Below the pieces are notes generated by a model that did not search any database, had not been told where the DNA came from, and worked only from the letters and a program-made list of their open reading frames with translations. Source: a bacterium (GTDB lineage Bacteria; Bacteroidota; Ignavibacteria; UBA10030). Taken from it: DNA of 64,000 nucleotides. The position numbers and the translations under genes were made by a program. The stretch covers positions 96,001 through 160,000 of the forward strand of contig JAZDJN010000087.1 in NCBI GenBank assembly GCA_043803945.1, in the 5' to 3' direction. This document shows positions 19,459-29,790 of this stretch, in pieces. The stretch's first letter is position 1; each line of letters opens with the position of its first letter.

Positions 19459-20355
19459 ATGGAACAACAAGAAAAACGAAAATCCTACCGCATCCTTCGA
19501 ACCATCCGCTCAACGGTTGCATTCTCGCTCGGCGGAATCCTTGCTAATAGTTACTTCAAAGTCTTCTCCACAAAGCAAATCTATGACGGCCCATTAAAGC
19601 AGGCATGCGTTCCCGGATTGAATTGTCATGCGTGTCCAACAGCATACATGTCCTGCCCGATCGGGATTATTCAGGCCGGTGCGGCGCAAGGGTGGATTCC
19701 CTTTTCAGTGATCGGATATCTGGGAACGATCGGTATGATTTTCGGCCGCTCGGTGTGCGGGTGGCTGTGTCCCTTCGGATGGTTGCAGGATCAGATGTTT
19801 AAAATAAAAAGTAAGAAGGTTAAGATTCCGGCCTTCCTCAAAAATGGTAACTATGTTTCCCTGGTTGTTCTTGCCATCATTCTTCCTGCGTTGACAGAAG
19901 CGCATTGGTTTTCGCGTATCTGCCCATGGGGAACAATGATTGCAGGCATCCCATGGGTGATATGGAATCCGGTCAATCCGATGATGGCCATGCCGGTCAT
20001 TGAACCGGGAATGGTCGGATGGCTGTATGCGATGAAGATTGTGATTCTGATGTTCTTCCTCATCATGTTTGTTTTGACCAAGCGGCCATTCTGCCGAACG
20101 CTTTGCCCGCTCGGCGCCATCTATGCGCAGTTCAACCGTGTAAGTTATATGAGAATGCAGGTTGAGGGACGCTGTGTCGGTTGCGATCTTTGCGTTGAGG
20201 TTTGTCCCGTTGATATCAAAATTTCTGACGATCCAAATTCTCCCGATTGTATTCGCTGTCTTAAATGTACTGTTTGTAAAAACGTTCACGTTCGATGGGG
20301 GCTAGGCCATGACCCAAGACCCGAAGTCTGTGCTCCAGCAGCTTCCCAAAGTTGA
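19459..20355 (+). CDS. Membrane 4Fe-4S binding protein (NapH/YccM-like)
   Basis: CVPGLNCHACP, GRSVCGWLCPFG, RPFCRTLCPLG, CxxCxxCxxxCP and CIRCLKC motifs; TM helices. Confidence 0.9.
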   Translation: MEQQEKRKSYRILRTIRSTVAFSLGGILANSYFKVFSTKQIYDGPLKQACVPGLNCHACPTAYMSCPIGIIQAGAAQGWIPFSVIGYLGTIGMIFGRSVCGWLCPFGWLQDQMFKIKSKKVKIPAFLKNGNYVSLVVLAIILPALTEAHWFSRICPWGTMIAGIPWVIWNPVNPMMAMPVIEPGMVGWLYAMKIVILMFFLIMFVLTKRPFCRTLCPLGAIYAQFNRVSYMRMQVEGRCVGCDLCVEVCPVDIKISDDPNSPDCIRCLKCTVCKNVHVRWGLGHDPRPEVCAPAASQS

Positions 20356-21727
20356 TAAGCTGCTGGAAGATTCTCGAATTGCCACACTCTTAGAGCACCA
20401 TTCTCGATCAAGAGTGGTGGAGGAAATTCGGAGCTATCTCGATAGCCTCCGATCGGAAATCCTCTCTGCATCAAGGACAACGCTCCCTGAATACGATGCG
20501 TTAGTGGAGCGATTCGTCCGGGATGCAGAGAAGAAACTCCTTCCCGGTTTGCGGCGCAGCATCAACGGAGCCGGCATTATTTTACACACCGCACTTGGCC
20601 GCGCACCGCTTGCATCCGTTGCACAACAAGCGCTGATGATCGCCGTTGACCATTACTCCACGCTTGCGATCAATCTCGAAACGGGAAAGAGGGGCGATCG
20701 CAATGCGGCAGTGGAGAAACTGCTCAAGGCCATCACCGGAGCAGAAGCGGCAGTCGTTGTCAACAATAACGCCGCGGCAACACTGTTGATCCTCAACACG
20801 CTGGCAGAAGGGAAAGAGGTGATCGTCTCCCGCGGTGAACTGGTCGAAATCGGTGGATCGTTTCGCATTCCCGATGTCATGAAGCGGAGTGGAGCAAAAC
20901 TTGTAGAGGTGGGCACAACTAATCGCACGCACCTGAAGGATTACAAAAATGCGATTACTCCAGAGGCCGGCATCATACTTAAAGTACACCAGAGTAATTA
21001 TCGCATCATCGGATTCACCAGTCAGGTTGAAGTCGGCGACCTTGCATCGCTTGCACATCAGCATAATCTCAAGGTTGTCGACGATATCGGCAGCGGAGCT
21101 CTTGTAGACTTCAGCCGCTGGGGATTGCCGAAAGAACCTGTGGTGCAGGAATCTGTTGCCGCCGGTGCCGACGTTACATGTTTTAGCGGCGACAAGCTCC
21201 TGGGTGGCCCACAGTGCGGCATTATCGTAGGCAAAAAGGAGGTAATCGAAAAAATTAAGGGCAACCAATTGATGCGAGCACTGCGCTGCGATAAACTCAC
21301 GTTTGCCGTGCTCGAGGCAACATTGCTGCTCTTTCTCGATGAGGCCAAACTGCTGAAGCGTCATCCCGTCATGAAAATGCTTACGATGCCGCAGGAGGAA
21401 ATCAAACGACGCTGTACCCGCCTCAAGCAGAAACTTGCCAGAGTTATCGGTGAACAAGCGACGATGTCGGTTCAGCAGGATTCTTCCGAAGTCGGCAGCG
21501 GCTCGCTGGCCGCAATGAACTTACCGACGTGGGTACTCTCTCTTGAATTTCATACGCTCTCTGCCGATCTGCTGGCAAAAAAACTCCGGCAATGCACCAT
21601 TCCCATCATCGGCAGAATCAAAGAGAACAAATTTTTGCTCGATGGAAGAACGATTCGTGACGATGAGTTCGAGTTGATCATGCAATCATTTCGTGAACTG
21701 GCAACTACGCTGCTCCCCCATGCCTGA
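20309..21727 (+). CDS. selA: L-seryl-tRNA(Sec) selenium transferase
   Basis: [37 protein letters not shown] and [11 protein letters not shown] (PLP lysine) motifs. Confidence 0.97.
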   Translation: MTQDPKSVLQQLPKVDKLLEDSRIATLLEHHSRSRVVEEIRSYLDSLRSEILSASRTTLPEYDALVERFVRDAEKKLLPGLRRSINGAGIILHTALGRAPLASVAQQALMIAVDHYSTLAINLETGKRGDRNAAVEKLLKAITGAEAAVVVNNNAAATLLILNTLAEGKEVIVSRGELVEIGGSFRIPDVMKRSGAKLVEVGTTNRTHLKDYKNAITPEAGIILKVHQSNYRIIGFTSQVEVGDLASLAHQHNLKVVDDIGSGALVDFSRWGLPKEPVVQESVAAGADVTCFSGDKLLGGPQCGIIVGKKEVIEKIKGNQLMRALRCDKLTFAVLEATLLLFLDEAKLLKRHPVMKMLTMPQEEIKRRCTRLKQKLARVIGEQATMSVQQDSSEVGSGSLAAMNLPTWVLSLEFHTLSADLLAKKLRQCTIPIIGRIKENKFLLDGRTIRDDEFELIMQSFRELATTLLPHA

Positions 21728-23618
21728 AGCAGGAAACCGACATATCGTTCTCGGCATGGCGGGCCACATTGACCACGGGAAAACAGCACTTGTCAAAGCA
21801 TTGACCGGCACCGACACCGACCGCTTGAAGGAAGAAAAGGAACGAGGGATGACAACCGACCTCGGCTTCGCGTTCTTCGGCGACACCATGACGATTATCG
21901 ATGTGCCGGGCCATGAGAAATTCGTCAAGACCATGGTTGCCGGCGTCAATACTGTGGATATCGCCATGCTCGTCATCGCTGCTGATGACGGTATTATGCC
22001 GCAAACACGCGAACATCTCGAGATCCTTCGCCTGTTGCAGATTTCAAAGGGGCTTGTCGTTCTCAATAAAATCGACATCGTTGAACAAGAGTGGCTCGAC
22101 CTCATCACCGCCGATATCAGGGCATTGCTGAAAGGGAGTTTTCTGGAACATGCCCCCCTTGTATCCGTCAGTGCGCTGACGGGAAAAGGGATACAGAACC
22201 TTAAACGCGAACTTAATACGCTCGCAGGTTCTATTCAGGCAAGGAGAGACAAGGGAATCTTTCGTCTTCCTATTGACCGCGTATTCACTATTAAAGGTTT
22301 CGGCACTATCGTGGCCGGGACAGTCATATCCGGCAGCGTTCACGTCGACGATTCGGTGGAACTTCTCCCGCAGGGAAAAACTCTGAGAGTGCGCGGATTA
22401 CAGATCCACGAGCAGAATGTGTCAGAGAGCCGGATCGGTTTTCGTACGGCAATCAATCTGATGGGAATAGAAAAAGAATCCATTGAGCGGGGCGACGTAA
22501 TCGCGGCACCCGGTTTTTTCAAACCGACGTACATGATCGACGTACAATTTTCCTATCTGGCAGGGGCATTGCACGCACTTGAAAACCGTACACGTGTGCG
22601 CGTCCATATCGGCACCAGTGAAGTTATTGCCCGCATTATCTTACTGGATCGGGAAGCCTTTGAACCGGGCGCAGAGGGATTTGTACAAATCCATTTTGAG
22701 CAGCCAATTGTCGCAGATGCCGGCGATCGATTTGTCGTCCGAAGTTACTCTCTGCTGCAGACCATTGGCGGCGGTTCCGTTCTGGACACTCATCCGGAAA
22801 AACATAAACGATTCAAGGAGGAGGTCCAACACCGGCTGCAAACCATTGCACAGGGCGATACGGAACAGCACATCCTTGAGCATCTCATCCGGCTTGACAA
22901 TGCACTCGTCGATGGCAGCACATTGTCGAAAAACGCAAGCATCCCAATTGACACCTGTCTTCTCCATCTGCAAACCCTGGTGGAAAAGCAACAGGCCATC
23001 CGGTTTGGAGCGGAACAGTGGTATGCCGTTGCCAACCTTTCGATGCTGCGGAACCGTGTCTCGGAGATCCTGAAAAAATTCCACCGTGAACAGTCATTAC
23101 GAACCGGCATGCTGGTTGGAGAATTGCATTCACGAATCAAACCTCCCATTGAAAAGAAATTGTTCGATGCCGTTTGCCGTGCACTGCAGGCGGAGGGTAT
23201 GGTGCAATTTATCGGTGACCGTATTGCGCTCGCGGAATTTTCTATTCAACTGACACCTGAACAGAAGGAACTGAGGAAGAGGATCGAAAAAGAATTTGCT
23301 AAAACACCGCTTATGCCCCCAAATCCGGATGATCTTCTCCCTGGCCTTGGCAAAGAGAGCCAGCACATTTTTCAACTGATGATCGACGAGGGAGAGCTTG
23401 TCCGTCTTGACGAGGGGATTGTGATGCATAGAGAAGGGATTGAGTACGCGAAGAAAGAGATTACCACTTTTCTGAGCCAGAAGGACGCAGCGGCATTGGG
23501 CGAGATCAGGCAGCATCTGGGCATCACCAGAAAATATGCTCTTCCCCTGTTGCTCCATCTTGATACTTTGGGTATTACTGAGCGTGATGGGGATGTCCGA
23601 CGGCTTAAACAACGATAA
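21720..23618 (+). CDS. selB: Selenocysteine-specific elongation factor
   Basis: [30 protein letters not shown]; C-terminal winged helix with [11 protein letters not shown]...T.R.GD.R; ATG 21720 overlaps the end of selA. Confidence 0.97.
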   Translation: MPEAGNRHIVLGMAGHIDHGKTALVKALTGTDTDRLKEEKERGMTTDLGFAFFGDTMTIIDVPGHEKFVKTMVAGVNTVDIAMLVIAADDGIMPQTREHLEILRLLQISKGLVVLNKIDIVEQEWLDLITADIRALLKGSFLEHAPLVSVSALTGKGIQNLKRELNTLAGSIQARRDKGIFRLPIDRVFTIKGFGTIVAGTVISGSVHVDDSVELLPQGKTLRVRGLQIHEQNVSESRIGFRTAINLMGIEKESIERGDVIAAPGFFKPTYMIDVQFSYLAGALHALENRTRVRVHIGTSEVIARIILLDREAFEPGAEGFVQIHFEQPIVADAGDRFVVRSYSLLQTIGGGSVLDTHPEKHKRFKEEVQHRLQTIAQGDTEQHILEHLIRLDNALVDGSTLSKNASIPIDTCLLHLQTLVEKQQAIRFGAEQWYAVANLSMLRNRVSEILKKFHREQSLRTGMLVGELHSRIKPPIEKKLFDAVCRALQAEGMVQFIGDRIALAEFSIQLTPEQKELRKRIEKEFAKTPLMPPNPDDLLPGLGKESQHIFQLMIDEGELVRLDEGIVMHREGIEYAKKEITTFLSQKDAAALGEIRQHLGITRKYALPLLLHLDTLGITERDGDVRRLKQR

Positions 23619-23655
23619 CACTATGCTCTGCTCCAGGAAAGGACGATTCATCAAC

Positions 23656-24927
23656 GTGGATCAAACATATCAGGGTTTGTTAAAGGAGATCGGCGTTAAT
23701 CTTGAGTTGCACGATCAGCTCATCGAGTACAACAATCGCAATCACGAACGCACGCACCGTTCGGCTAAGAACCGTCCGAATGAAATGGCATACTTTGATG
23801 AATCGTTTCATGCTTCGCATGGCAGCCGTGTTGCCGAAATCTATGAATACCGGAAACGGGGGGGCAAGTCGATTGGAACATTTTGCATCTATGTGCCTGA
23901 TGAAATTGCACTCGCGGCAAATGTTCTGCCGATCCCGTTGTGCGGCGGAAGCCACTGGTCTGTCGATTATGCCGATAAGATGCTGCCGCGGGATATTTGT
24001 CCACTGATTCGCTCCACGTTTGGTATGGCATTCAGCGGTACCTGCCCTTACAAGAAACTTAAGGATGGCGTGGTTGGAGAAACAACATGCGATGCGAAGA
24101 AGAAAACCTGGGACCTGATGAAGTTTGAGGTTATGGAAGTTCCTCAGAAAAAAAATGAGCGGGACAGGGAGTTATGGCGGGCAGAGGTTCGTGACTTCAC
24201 AACCTATGTCGAAAATCTTTCCGGTGTGAAAGTGACGCCGGAGCGCCTGAAAGAAACCATCGCTCTTGTGAACAGCAAACGGACAGCACTCCAGCGTGTC
24301 AATGAATACCGGAAGCTCCCCCATCCCCCGATTTCAGGACTCGATGCACTGCTTGTCTCACAGGTCGCATTGAATCAGGATATCAAGACGTTTGTCGATG
24401 GCTGCGAACGGCTGCTGGAAGAACTTCACGAACGGGTTGAGAAGGGAATATCGGCATTCTCGAACAGCGGGCCGCGAATTCTGCTTGCGGGGACACCTTC
24501 TCCCATGGGCAATGCAAAGGTACACTATGCCATTGAATCTTCCGGCATGCGAATTGTTGCCGATGAATCGTGCACCGGTATGCGGTACTTCAGAAACATC
24601 GTCGATGATACGCATGACAATCTCGACGACATGCTGGACGCAGTTGCCGACCGCTATTTCAATATCGATTGTTACTGTTTCTCGCCCAATAAAGAGCGGG
24701 TGGACAATATTCAGACGCTGGTTGAGGAGTACAGCGTCGACGGAGTGGTACAAAATATTCTTTCCTTCTGCCAGGGGTATAATGTTGAGGCAAAGGTGAT
24801 TGAAACGGCATTGGTGCAGAGGAAGATTCCATCGATTAAGATTGTCACCGACTATTCGTATGAAGACGTGGAGCAGTTAAGAGTGCGGCTTGAGTCTTTC
24901 CGCGAGATGATGGAGAGTAATTGTTGA
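23656..24927 (+). CDS. Double-cubane-cluster-type anaerobic reductase (HgdB/FldB-like family)
   Basis: GTFCIYVP.E, LCGG, LPRDICPLI, CPY, GETTCD.KKK, ESCTG.RY, C.CFSPN and FCQ motifs; GTG start 23656 after AAAGGA. Confidence 0.8.
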   Translation: MDQTYQGLLKEIGVNLELHDQLIEYNNRNHERTHRSAKNRPNEMAYFDESFHASHGSRVAEIYEYRKRGGKSIGTFCIYVPDEIALAANVLPIPLCGGSHWSVDYADKMLPRDICPLIRSTFGMAFSGTCPYKKLKDGVVGETTCDAKKKTWDLMKFEVMEVPQKKNERDRELWRAEVRDFTTYVENLSGVKVTPERLKETIALVNSKRTALQRVNEYRKLPHPPISGLDALLVSQVALNQDIKTFVDGCERLLEELHERVEKGISAFSNSGPRILLAGTPSPMGNAKVHYAIESSGMRIVADESCTGMRYFRNIVDDTHDNLDDMLDAVADRYFNIDCYCFSPNKERVDNIQTLVEEYSVDGVVQNILSFCQGYNVEAKVIETALVQRKIPSIKIVTDYSYEDVEQLRVRLESFREMMESNC

Positions 24928-25107
24928 AACCATCCGGAGGTGACAATAAAGTTGAAGTGTCACGGTATGCCCGCCCCGTGTTTTTTTCGGGGGACCGTGA
25001 CACCCATAGGATAGCCAACACTCGGCAACACACTGGCAAAACGTGTCTCACCCGCGTAAGCGGGTGTCCAGTGCCTTACCTTCTATTTTGAACTTTCAAG
25101 AAAGGCT

Positions 25108-25160
25108 CTGGATTCCCCCGATACAAAGCATCGGGGCAGGCCGCGTTCGCGGGAATGACA
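25108..25160. repeat. dRS3/REP-like element (CTGGATTCCC...GCGGGAATGAC) with a nested GGCAGGC-ended insertion
   Basis: ATTCCC...GGGAAT ends interrupted by CGATACAAAGCATCGGGGCAGGC. Confidence 0.55.
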
Positions 25161-25218
25161 ATCTTTCTTTTCCCTCCTTATGAAGGGGAGGGATTTATTC
25201 ATCAACATAAACACTCTC

Positions 25219-26316
25219 ATGACACAAGAACAAGACAACACAGCGTCGAAGCCAAGTGGGCGGCAAATTCGCCTGATGAGCTTCAGCGCATGCGCCGGTT
25301 GAGCCGGCAAAGTGAGCCCGGCCAGGTTGGCCGGAATCCTTGACAAATTGCCGCGCGTCAAGTCGCCCGATCTTCTGGTCGACATGGAAACCATGGACGA
25401 CGCCGGTGTGCTACGCCTTTCTTCAGAACTGGCATTGGTGCAAACGCTCGATTTCTTCGAACCGATTGTCCATGATCCGAAAAGCTTCGGACGCATCGTG
25501 GCTGCCAACAGCCTTTCCGACATCTGGGCAATGGGGGGCACTGCATTGACAGCAATGAATATTCTTGCTTACCCCTCGAAGAAAATTTCCATCGATGTGA
25601 TCGAGGAACTGCTCATCGGCGCGTGCGAAAAACTGCAGGAGGCGAATGTCATTCTTGTCGGCGGACACACCATGGAGATGCAGGAGATTTTCTATGGCAT
25701 GAGCGTTACCGGCACAATCCATCCCGATCGTGTGCTCACCAATGCAAAAGCCCGGATTGGCGACAAGCTTCTTCTGACAAAACCGCTCGGTGTTGCCGTC
25801 TATTGCGAAGCGCTTCGCAACGACGGCCTGACGGGCGAACAATACAACGAAGTGATCGGAAGCATGGAGCGATTAAACCTCTATGCCTCACAGGTGCTGC
25901 AACGGTTCGATATCAGCGCTATGACCGATGTCACCGGCTTTGGATTACTCGGCCATGCACTGCCGATCGCCCGCAATGCAGGCGTTACGCTGGCAATAGC
26001 TGTCCATGATATACCTCATCTCTCCTCATTCTTTGATCTCATGCAGCAGTTTCTTCCAACACAAACATGGAAGAGCCATGAATATGTCAAGCCCTTTACA
26101 TGGAGAGATGAGCATATTTCAACAGATCAATATGCACTGCTGGGAGAAGCTCAGACATCAGGAGGATTGCTCGCGGCAATCAATCCCAAGCAAGCAAACG
26201 AAGCGCTGAGCGCATTACACGCTGCGGGAGATACAGCGGCAACGGTGATTGGAGAAGTAGTTGGACTTGTTAATACTTCAGAGGGACATCCGGTTTTTCT
26301 TCAGATTCTCCCCTAA
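25219..26316 (+). CDS. selD: Selenide, water dikinase (selenophosphate synthetase), Sec-containing
   Basis: ATG 25219 reads ...RLMSFSACAG-U-AGKVSP into the 25312 ORF; TGA 25300-25302 is at the catalytic C/U-x-x-K position; DDAGV, QTLDFF, AANSLSDIWAMGG, GGHT, TDVTGFGLLGH and QTSGGLL motifs. Confidence 0.95.
25318..25334 (+). promoter_or_regulatory. SECIS-like hairpin of selD
   Basis: CCGGCC-AGGTT-GGCCGG at +16 to +32 after the TGA. Confidence 0.75.
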
Positions 26317-26483
26317 GCATTGCCCTGTCACTTACCTTCCTCCTTTCCTGTCGCCATTTTTCCTGACTGATCTCCCGGCATTGAATTAACATAGACAACC
26401 AAGTTCGTATTCATAGTGCGGTCTTAACGTAACGGGAGTACAGTTACTTTCTCTCATCATCACACCTATTAAAGGAGATCACC

Positions 26484-27290
26484 TTGAAACAACTCAAGAA
26501 CATTACACTGAAGAATGTACAGGAGGTGTACAACGGAGCAGAAGGAGATCTTTGGGAGCTCGTTATGGGAGAACAAATCCATATCGGCGGATTCAGTTCT
26601 TCGATGGCGCTGGCAGAGAAAGCCGGAATTGGCGGCGGAATGCAGGGAGTCGATCTCTGCTGCTGCAATGGCGCAGGGATGCGTTTCCTTGTACGCTTCC
26701 GCGGTGTCGAAAAAATGACGGGTGTGGACGCAACCGAAACTGTTGTTAATCGGGGACGGATGCGCTGTGAGAAAGAGGGATTCACGGAGAAAATTCAATT
26801 CAATCTGGCTGACGTGACCGCCAGCGGTTTACCAAACGAATCGGCAGATTTTATCTGGGGTGAAGATGCCTGGTGCTATGTTGAAGACAAACCGAAATTG
26901 ATTTCCGAGGCTGCGCGTATTGTTAAACGAGGCGGCACTCTCGCGTTCACCGACTGGGTGGAAGGCCCGACCGGATTGACCGATGACGAAGCAAATCGAT
27001 TCCTGACGTTCATGAAGTTCCCAACACTTCCTTCCATTCAGGAATATGCCGATCTCTTGAAGAGTAATGGCTGCCAGGTGCTTGTTGCCGAAGATACCGG
27101 CCAATTTGCTCCCCATGTTGATCTGTATCTGGATATGCTCAACAAACAATTAACCTATGATGCTCTCAAAATCATTGGGTTCAATGTGAATCTGATGCAG
27201 GCGATGGGAGGAGAGATGATCTTTATGCAGGGATTAGCCCGTGCCGGGAAGATTGCCCAGGGCAGGTTTATCGCGAAAAAGAACTTTTGA
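26484..27290 (+). CDS. Class I SAM-dependent methyltransferase with a Cys-Cys-Cys motif I
   Basis: VDLCCCNG.G in place of DLGCG.G; TGVD; ADFIW.EDAW; EAARIVKRGG; strong AAAGGAG SD before TTG. Confidence 0.85.
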   Translation: MKQLKNITLKNVQEVYNGAEGDLWELVMGEQIHIGGFSSSMALAEKAGIGGGMQGVDLCCCNGAGMRFLVRFRGVEKMTGVDATETVVNRGRMRCEKEGFTEKIQFNLADVTASGLPNESADFIWGEDAWCYVEDKPKLISEAARIVKRGGTLAFTDWVEGPTGLTDDEANRFLTFMKFPTLPSIQEYADLLKSNGCQVLVAEDTGQFAPHVDLYLDMLNKQLTYDALKIIGFNVNLMQAMGGEMIFMQGLARAGKIAQGRFIAKKNF

Positions 27291-27297
27291 CCATCCT

Positions 27298-28275
27298 ATG
27301 AAAAAAAATCTCTACACAAGCCCTTTTATTCCTGCCGAATGGATTGCCGCACATGGCTTGCAGCCCTGCCGTGTCATCCCGGATTTCCAGGAGAACGAGG
27401 AGGAGTGTAATCCATCGCAAGGGATCTGCCGCCATATGTGGCAGTCAGTGCAGCAGGTCAACCGCGACACCGAAGCTGCCGGTTCAATTTTCACGACGAT
27501 CTGCGATCAGATGCGCCGCGCTCCGGAATGCCTCGATGCTTCCGCCTCCTCCCGTTCCTTTCTCTTCCACGTTCCAAAAACATGGCAATCATCTTCGTCA
27601 TTTGAATGGTACGTTGCCGAACTTCGGCGATTGGGTTCCTATCTGATCCAGCGTGGCGGCATCGAACCATCCGCAGATTACTTAAAGAACATTCTGCAGT
27701 CCTATGATAAAAACCGCAGGATACTTTTGTCTGTCAGGCCATACATGCCTGCGACCGCATACGCCGAACTTCTCTATCGTTTTTACACAACAGGAATAGT
27801 CGATTCTCCTCCGATCGACCGAGCTTATCGAGAGTTCGGAATTCCACTTGCACTGATCGGCGGACCCTTGGCACGAATCAACTGGTCGCTCATCAATGAA
27901 GTGGAAACTGCGGGTGGCACCATTGTTCTCGATGGCACTGAAAACGGTGAACGGACATTTCCCGCGCCGTTCGATCAAGCTCGATTATCGGAAAATCCAT
28001 TCCTCGAAATGGCGCATGCGTACTTCGATTTCATTCCCGATATTTTCCGCAGACCTAATGATGGCTTCTTCCACTGGCTTCACCGCGCTCTGTCAGCCCG
28101 GTCCATTCGCGGGGTCATTCTCATTCGAAACGTTTGGTGCGACCTCTGGCATGCAGAAGTGCAAAGGATCCGTGAGAGTATCCGGGAGCCTCTTCTTGAT
28201 CTCGACGTCGATGGCGGAGATGCATTCGCAAGAAACCAGACAAGAATTCAAGCCTTTCTTGAGTCCCTCCAATGA
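27298..28275 (+). CDS. 2-hydroxyacyl-CoA dehydratase subunit-like (HgdB/FldB family) protein
   Basis: SPFIPAEWIAA.G, GIC, TTICDQMRR, WCDLW and TRIQAFLE motifs. Confidence 0.8.
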   Translation: MKKNLYTSPFIPAEWIAAHGLQPCRVIPDFQENEEECNPSQGICRHMWQSVQQVNRDTEAAGSIFTTICDQMRRAPECLDASASSRSFLFHVPKTWQSSSSFEWYVAELRRLGSYLIQRGGIEPSADYLKNILQSYDKNRRILLSVRPYMPATAYAELLYRFYTTGIVDSPPIDRAYREFGIPLALIGGPLARINWSLINEVETAGGTIVLDGTENGERTFPAPFDQARLSENPFLEMAHAYFDFIPDIFRRPNDGFFHWLHRALSARSIRGVILIRNVWCDLWHAEVQRIRESIREPLLDLDVDGGDAFARNQTRIQAFLESLQ

Positions 28276-29684
28276 CCGAGCCTCCACAACAACTTACACT
28301 CCATCAGTGGGATTCCCGGTATGTTGAACTGACAGCCTTCGGGTGGTCTCCACGCTGGTACGACGGCCCGCTTTGCCGCCATGCCGAGGGGGGCGATACA
28401 CGCCTTCTCCGCCTCAGGTTCGATAATTCCACGGAAGCATTAACGCTCTGGAATTTTTTACTCACCGAGGAAGACCGGCTGAAACATTTTCGTGAACAGG
28501 GTGCTATTCTGATTGGGACGATGAAAGACCTTGGCACTGTACCGGTGATGGCATTTGCACTTCCGAATGTCGTTGCCTTCTACCCTGATGGTGCCTGGTG
28601 GATACCATGTGTTATGGAGATGTCAACGGGGCTTTTGGAGATTGCCGACTCTCTGGGAATCGATGAATCGTTCTGCCCCGTCCGTGCCATGCTCGGTGCG
28701 TTTGTTACACAGAAGCATTTTCCAATTCCGGATCAGCTCATTTGCAGTGTTGGCGCAACGTGTGATGATTTTTCTGCCATCGCACAGCGTCTGGAAGCCA
28801 TGGGGCATCCCATTATGTGGTGGGAAATTCCACATCGCAATCCGCCGCAAGAAGGAGAAGAAGCCGTTACACTTCCCGGAGGATTTCAAGCATCGCCGCC
28901 ACAATTGTCCTTCGTTAAACACGAGTTAGAAAGAGTCAAAGGTATTTTGGAATCCGCATCGGGATCTGTCCTTGACGATGAAATGCTCTCAGCCGGAATT
29001 CAACGGGCAAATACCGTACGGCGCTGTTTGAAAGAGTTGCGACATCTCACGTTTACTGCGCCGCTCTGTCCTATGCCCGCTCTCGAGATGCTCATCGCCG
29101 AGATGCTCGCCATTCATTTCTGTTCCGACAGAGATGAATCCCTGTTCGTTCTTGAGGGATTGTTGAACCGGGTCCGCCAGCGGATTGCTGATCGACAGGG
29201 ATATTTTGGCGAAGATGCTGCACGGATCTTTTGGGTTAATCCAGTTGCAGACCTTCGGGCGATGAACATTCTTGAACGGTGCGGGGGTCGCCTCTGCGGT
29301 ACGGAATATCTCTTCAGCCACGCATTGGATGAGATTCCAACCGGCATTGCCCCTCTTGAGGCATTAGCACAGATGGCTCTTGCGGATCCAATGGTTGGTT
29401 CAACGGCTGATCGAGCCGATCGCATTATCCGCGACATACAACTGTATGGCGCCGAGGGGCTCATCATTTCGCGGATTCCCGGTGCGAGCCATTGCGCCCT
29501 TGAAGGAAAGATTATTGCCCGGCAGGTTCAGGAAGCACTCAATCTTCCCGTTTTGGAAATAGAGGTGCCACCATTATCCGATGCATTTCGCCTGGCACTC
29601 AATACTCGTATTTCCGCACTGGTCGAAGTGATTCACGGCCGGAGGGCAAAGGAACTTTCGCTCCAATCTCGTTCTCTATCATGA
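28272..29684 (+). CDS. 2-hydroxyacyl-CoA dehydratase subunit-like (HgdB/FldB family) protein
   Basis: FCPVRAMLG, GATCDD, SHCA and TRISALVE motifs; ATGA overlap with the previous gene. Confidence 0.78.
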   Translation: MTEPPQQLTLHQWDSRYVELTAFGWSPRWYDGPLCRHAEGGDTRLLRLRFDNSTEALTLWNFLLTEEDRLKHFREQGAILIGTMKDLGTVPVMAFALPNVVAFYPDGAWWIPCVMEMSTGLLEIADSLGIDESFCPVRAMLGAFVTQKHFPIPDQLICSVGATCDDFSAIAQRLEAMGHPIMWWEIPHRNPPQEGEEAVTLPGGFQASPPQLSFVKHELERVKGILESASGSVLDDEMLSAGIQRANTVRRCLKELRHLTFTAPLCPMPALEMLIAEMLAIHFCSDRDESLFVLEGLLNRVRQRIADRQGYFGEDAARIFWVNPVADLRAMNILERCGGRLCGTEYLFSHALDEIPTGIAPLEALAQMALADPMVGSTADRADRIIRDIQLYGAEGLIISRIPGASHCALEGKIIARQVQEALNLPVLEIEVPPLSDAFRLALNTRISALVEVIHGRRAKELSLQSRSLS

Positions 29685-29790
29685 AGTCCATAGCAATGGC
29701 ACGACCGGCGGGAAAATGGCAAAGAGCAGCAGCTTAGAGAACGAATGCCATTATCGGGTGAGGTCGTATACGGTGAGCTCTTATTCTCGC

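Noticed and set aside
19444-19461. Second TGA of the small UxxC gene is in frame with the 4Fe-4S gene ATG (possible double-Sec fusion)
   Set aside because: The family normally ends at CIG.G, no SECIS-like hairpin was found at the right distance after this TGA, and being in frame is a one-in-three coincidence.
24922-24927. Double-cubane protein ends ...NC-TGA, a possible CU motif
   Set aside because: The protein is already complete after RLESFREM, there is no convincing hairpin, and the readthrough runs into repeat sequence.
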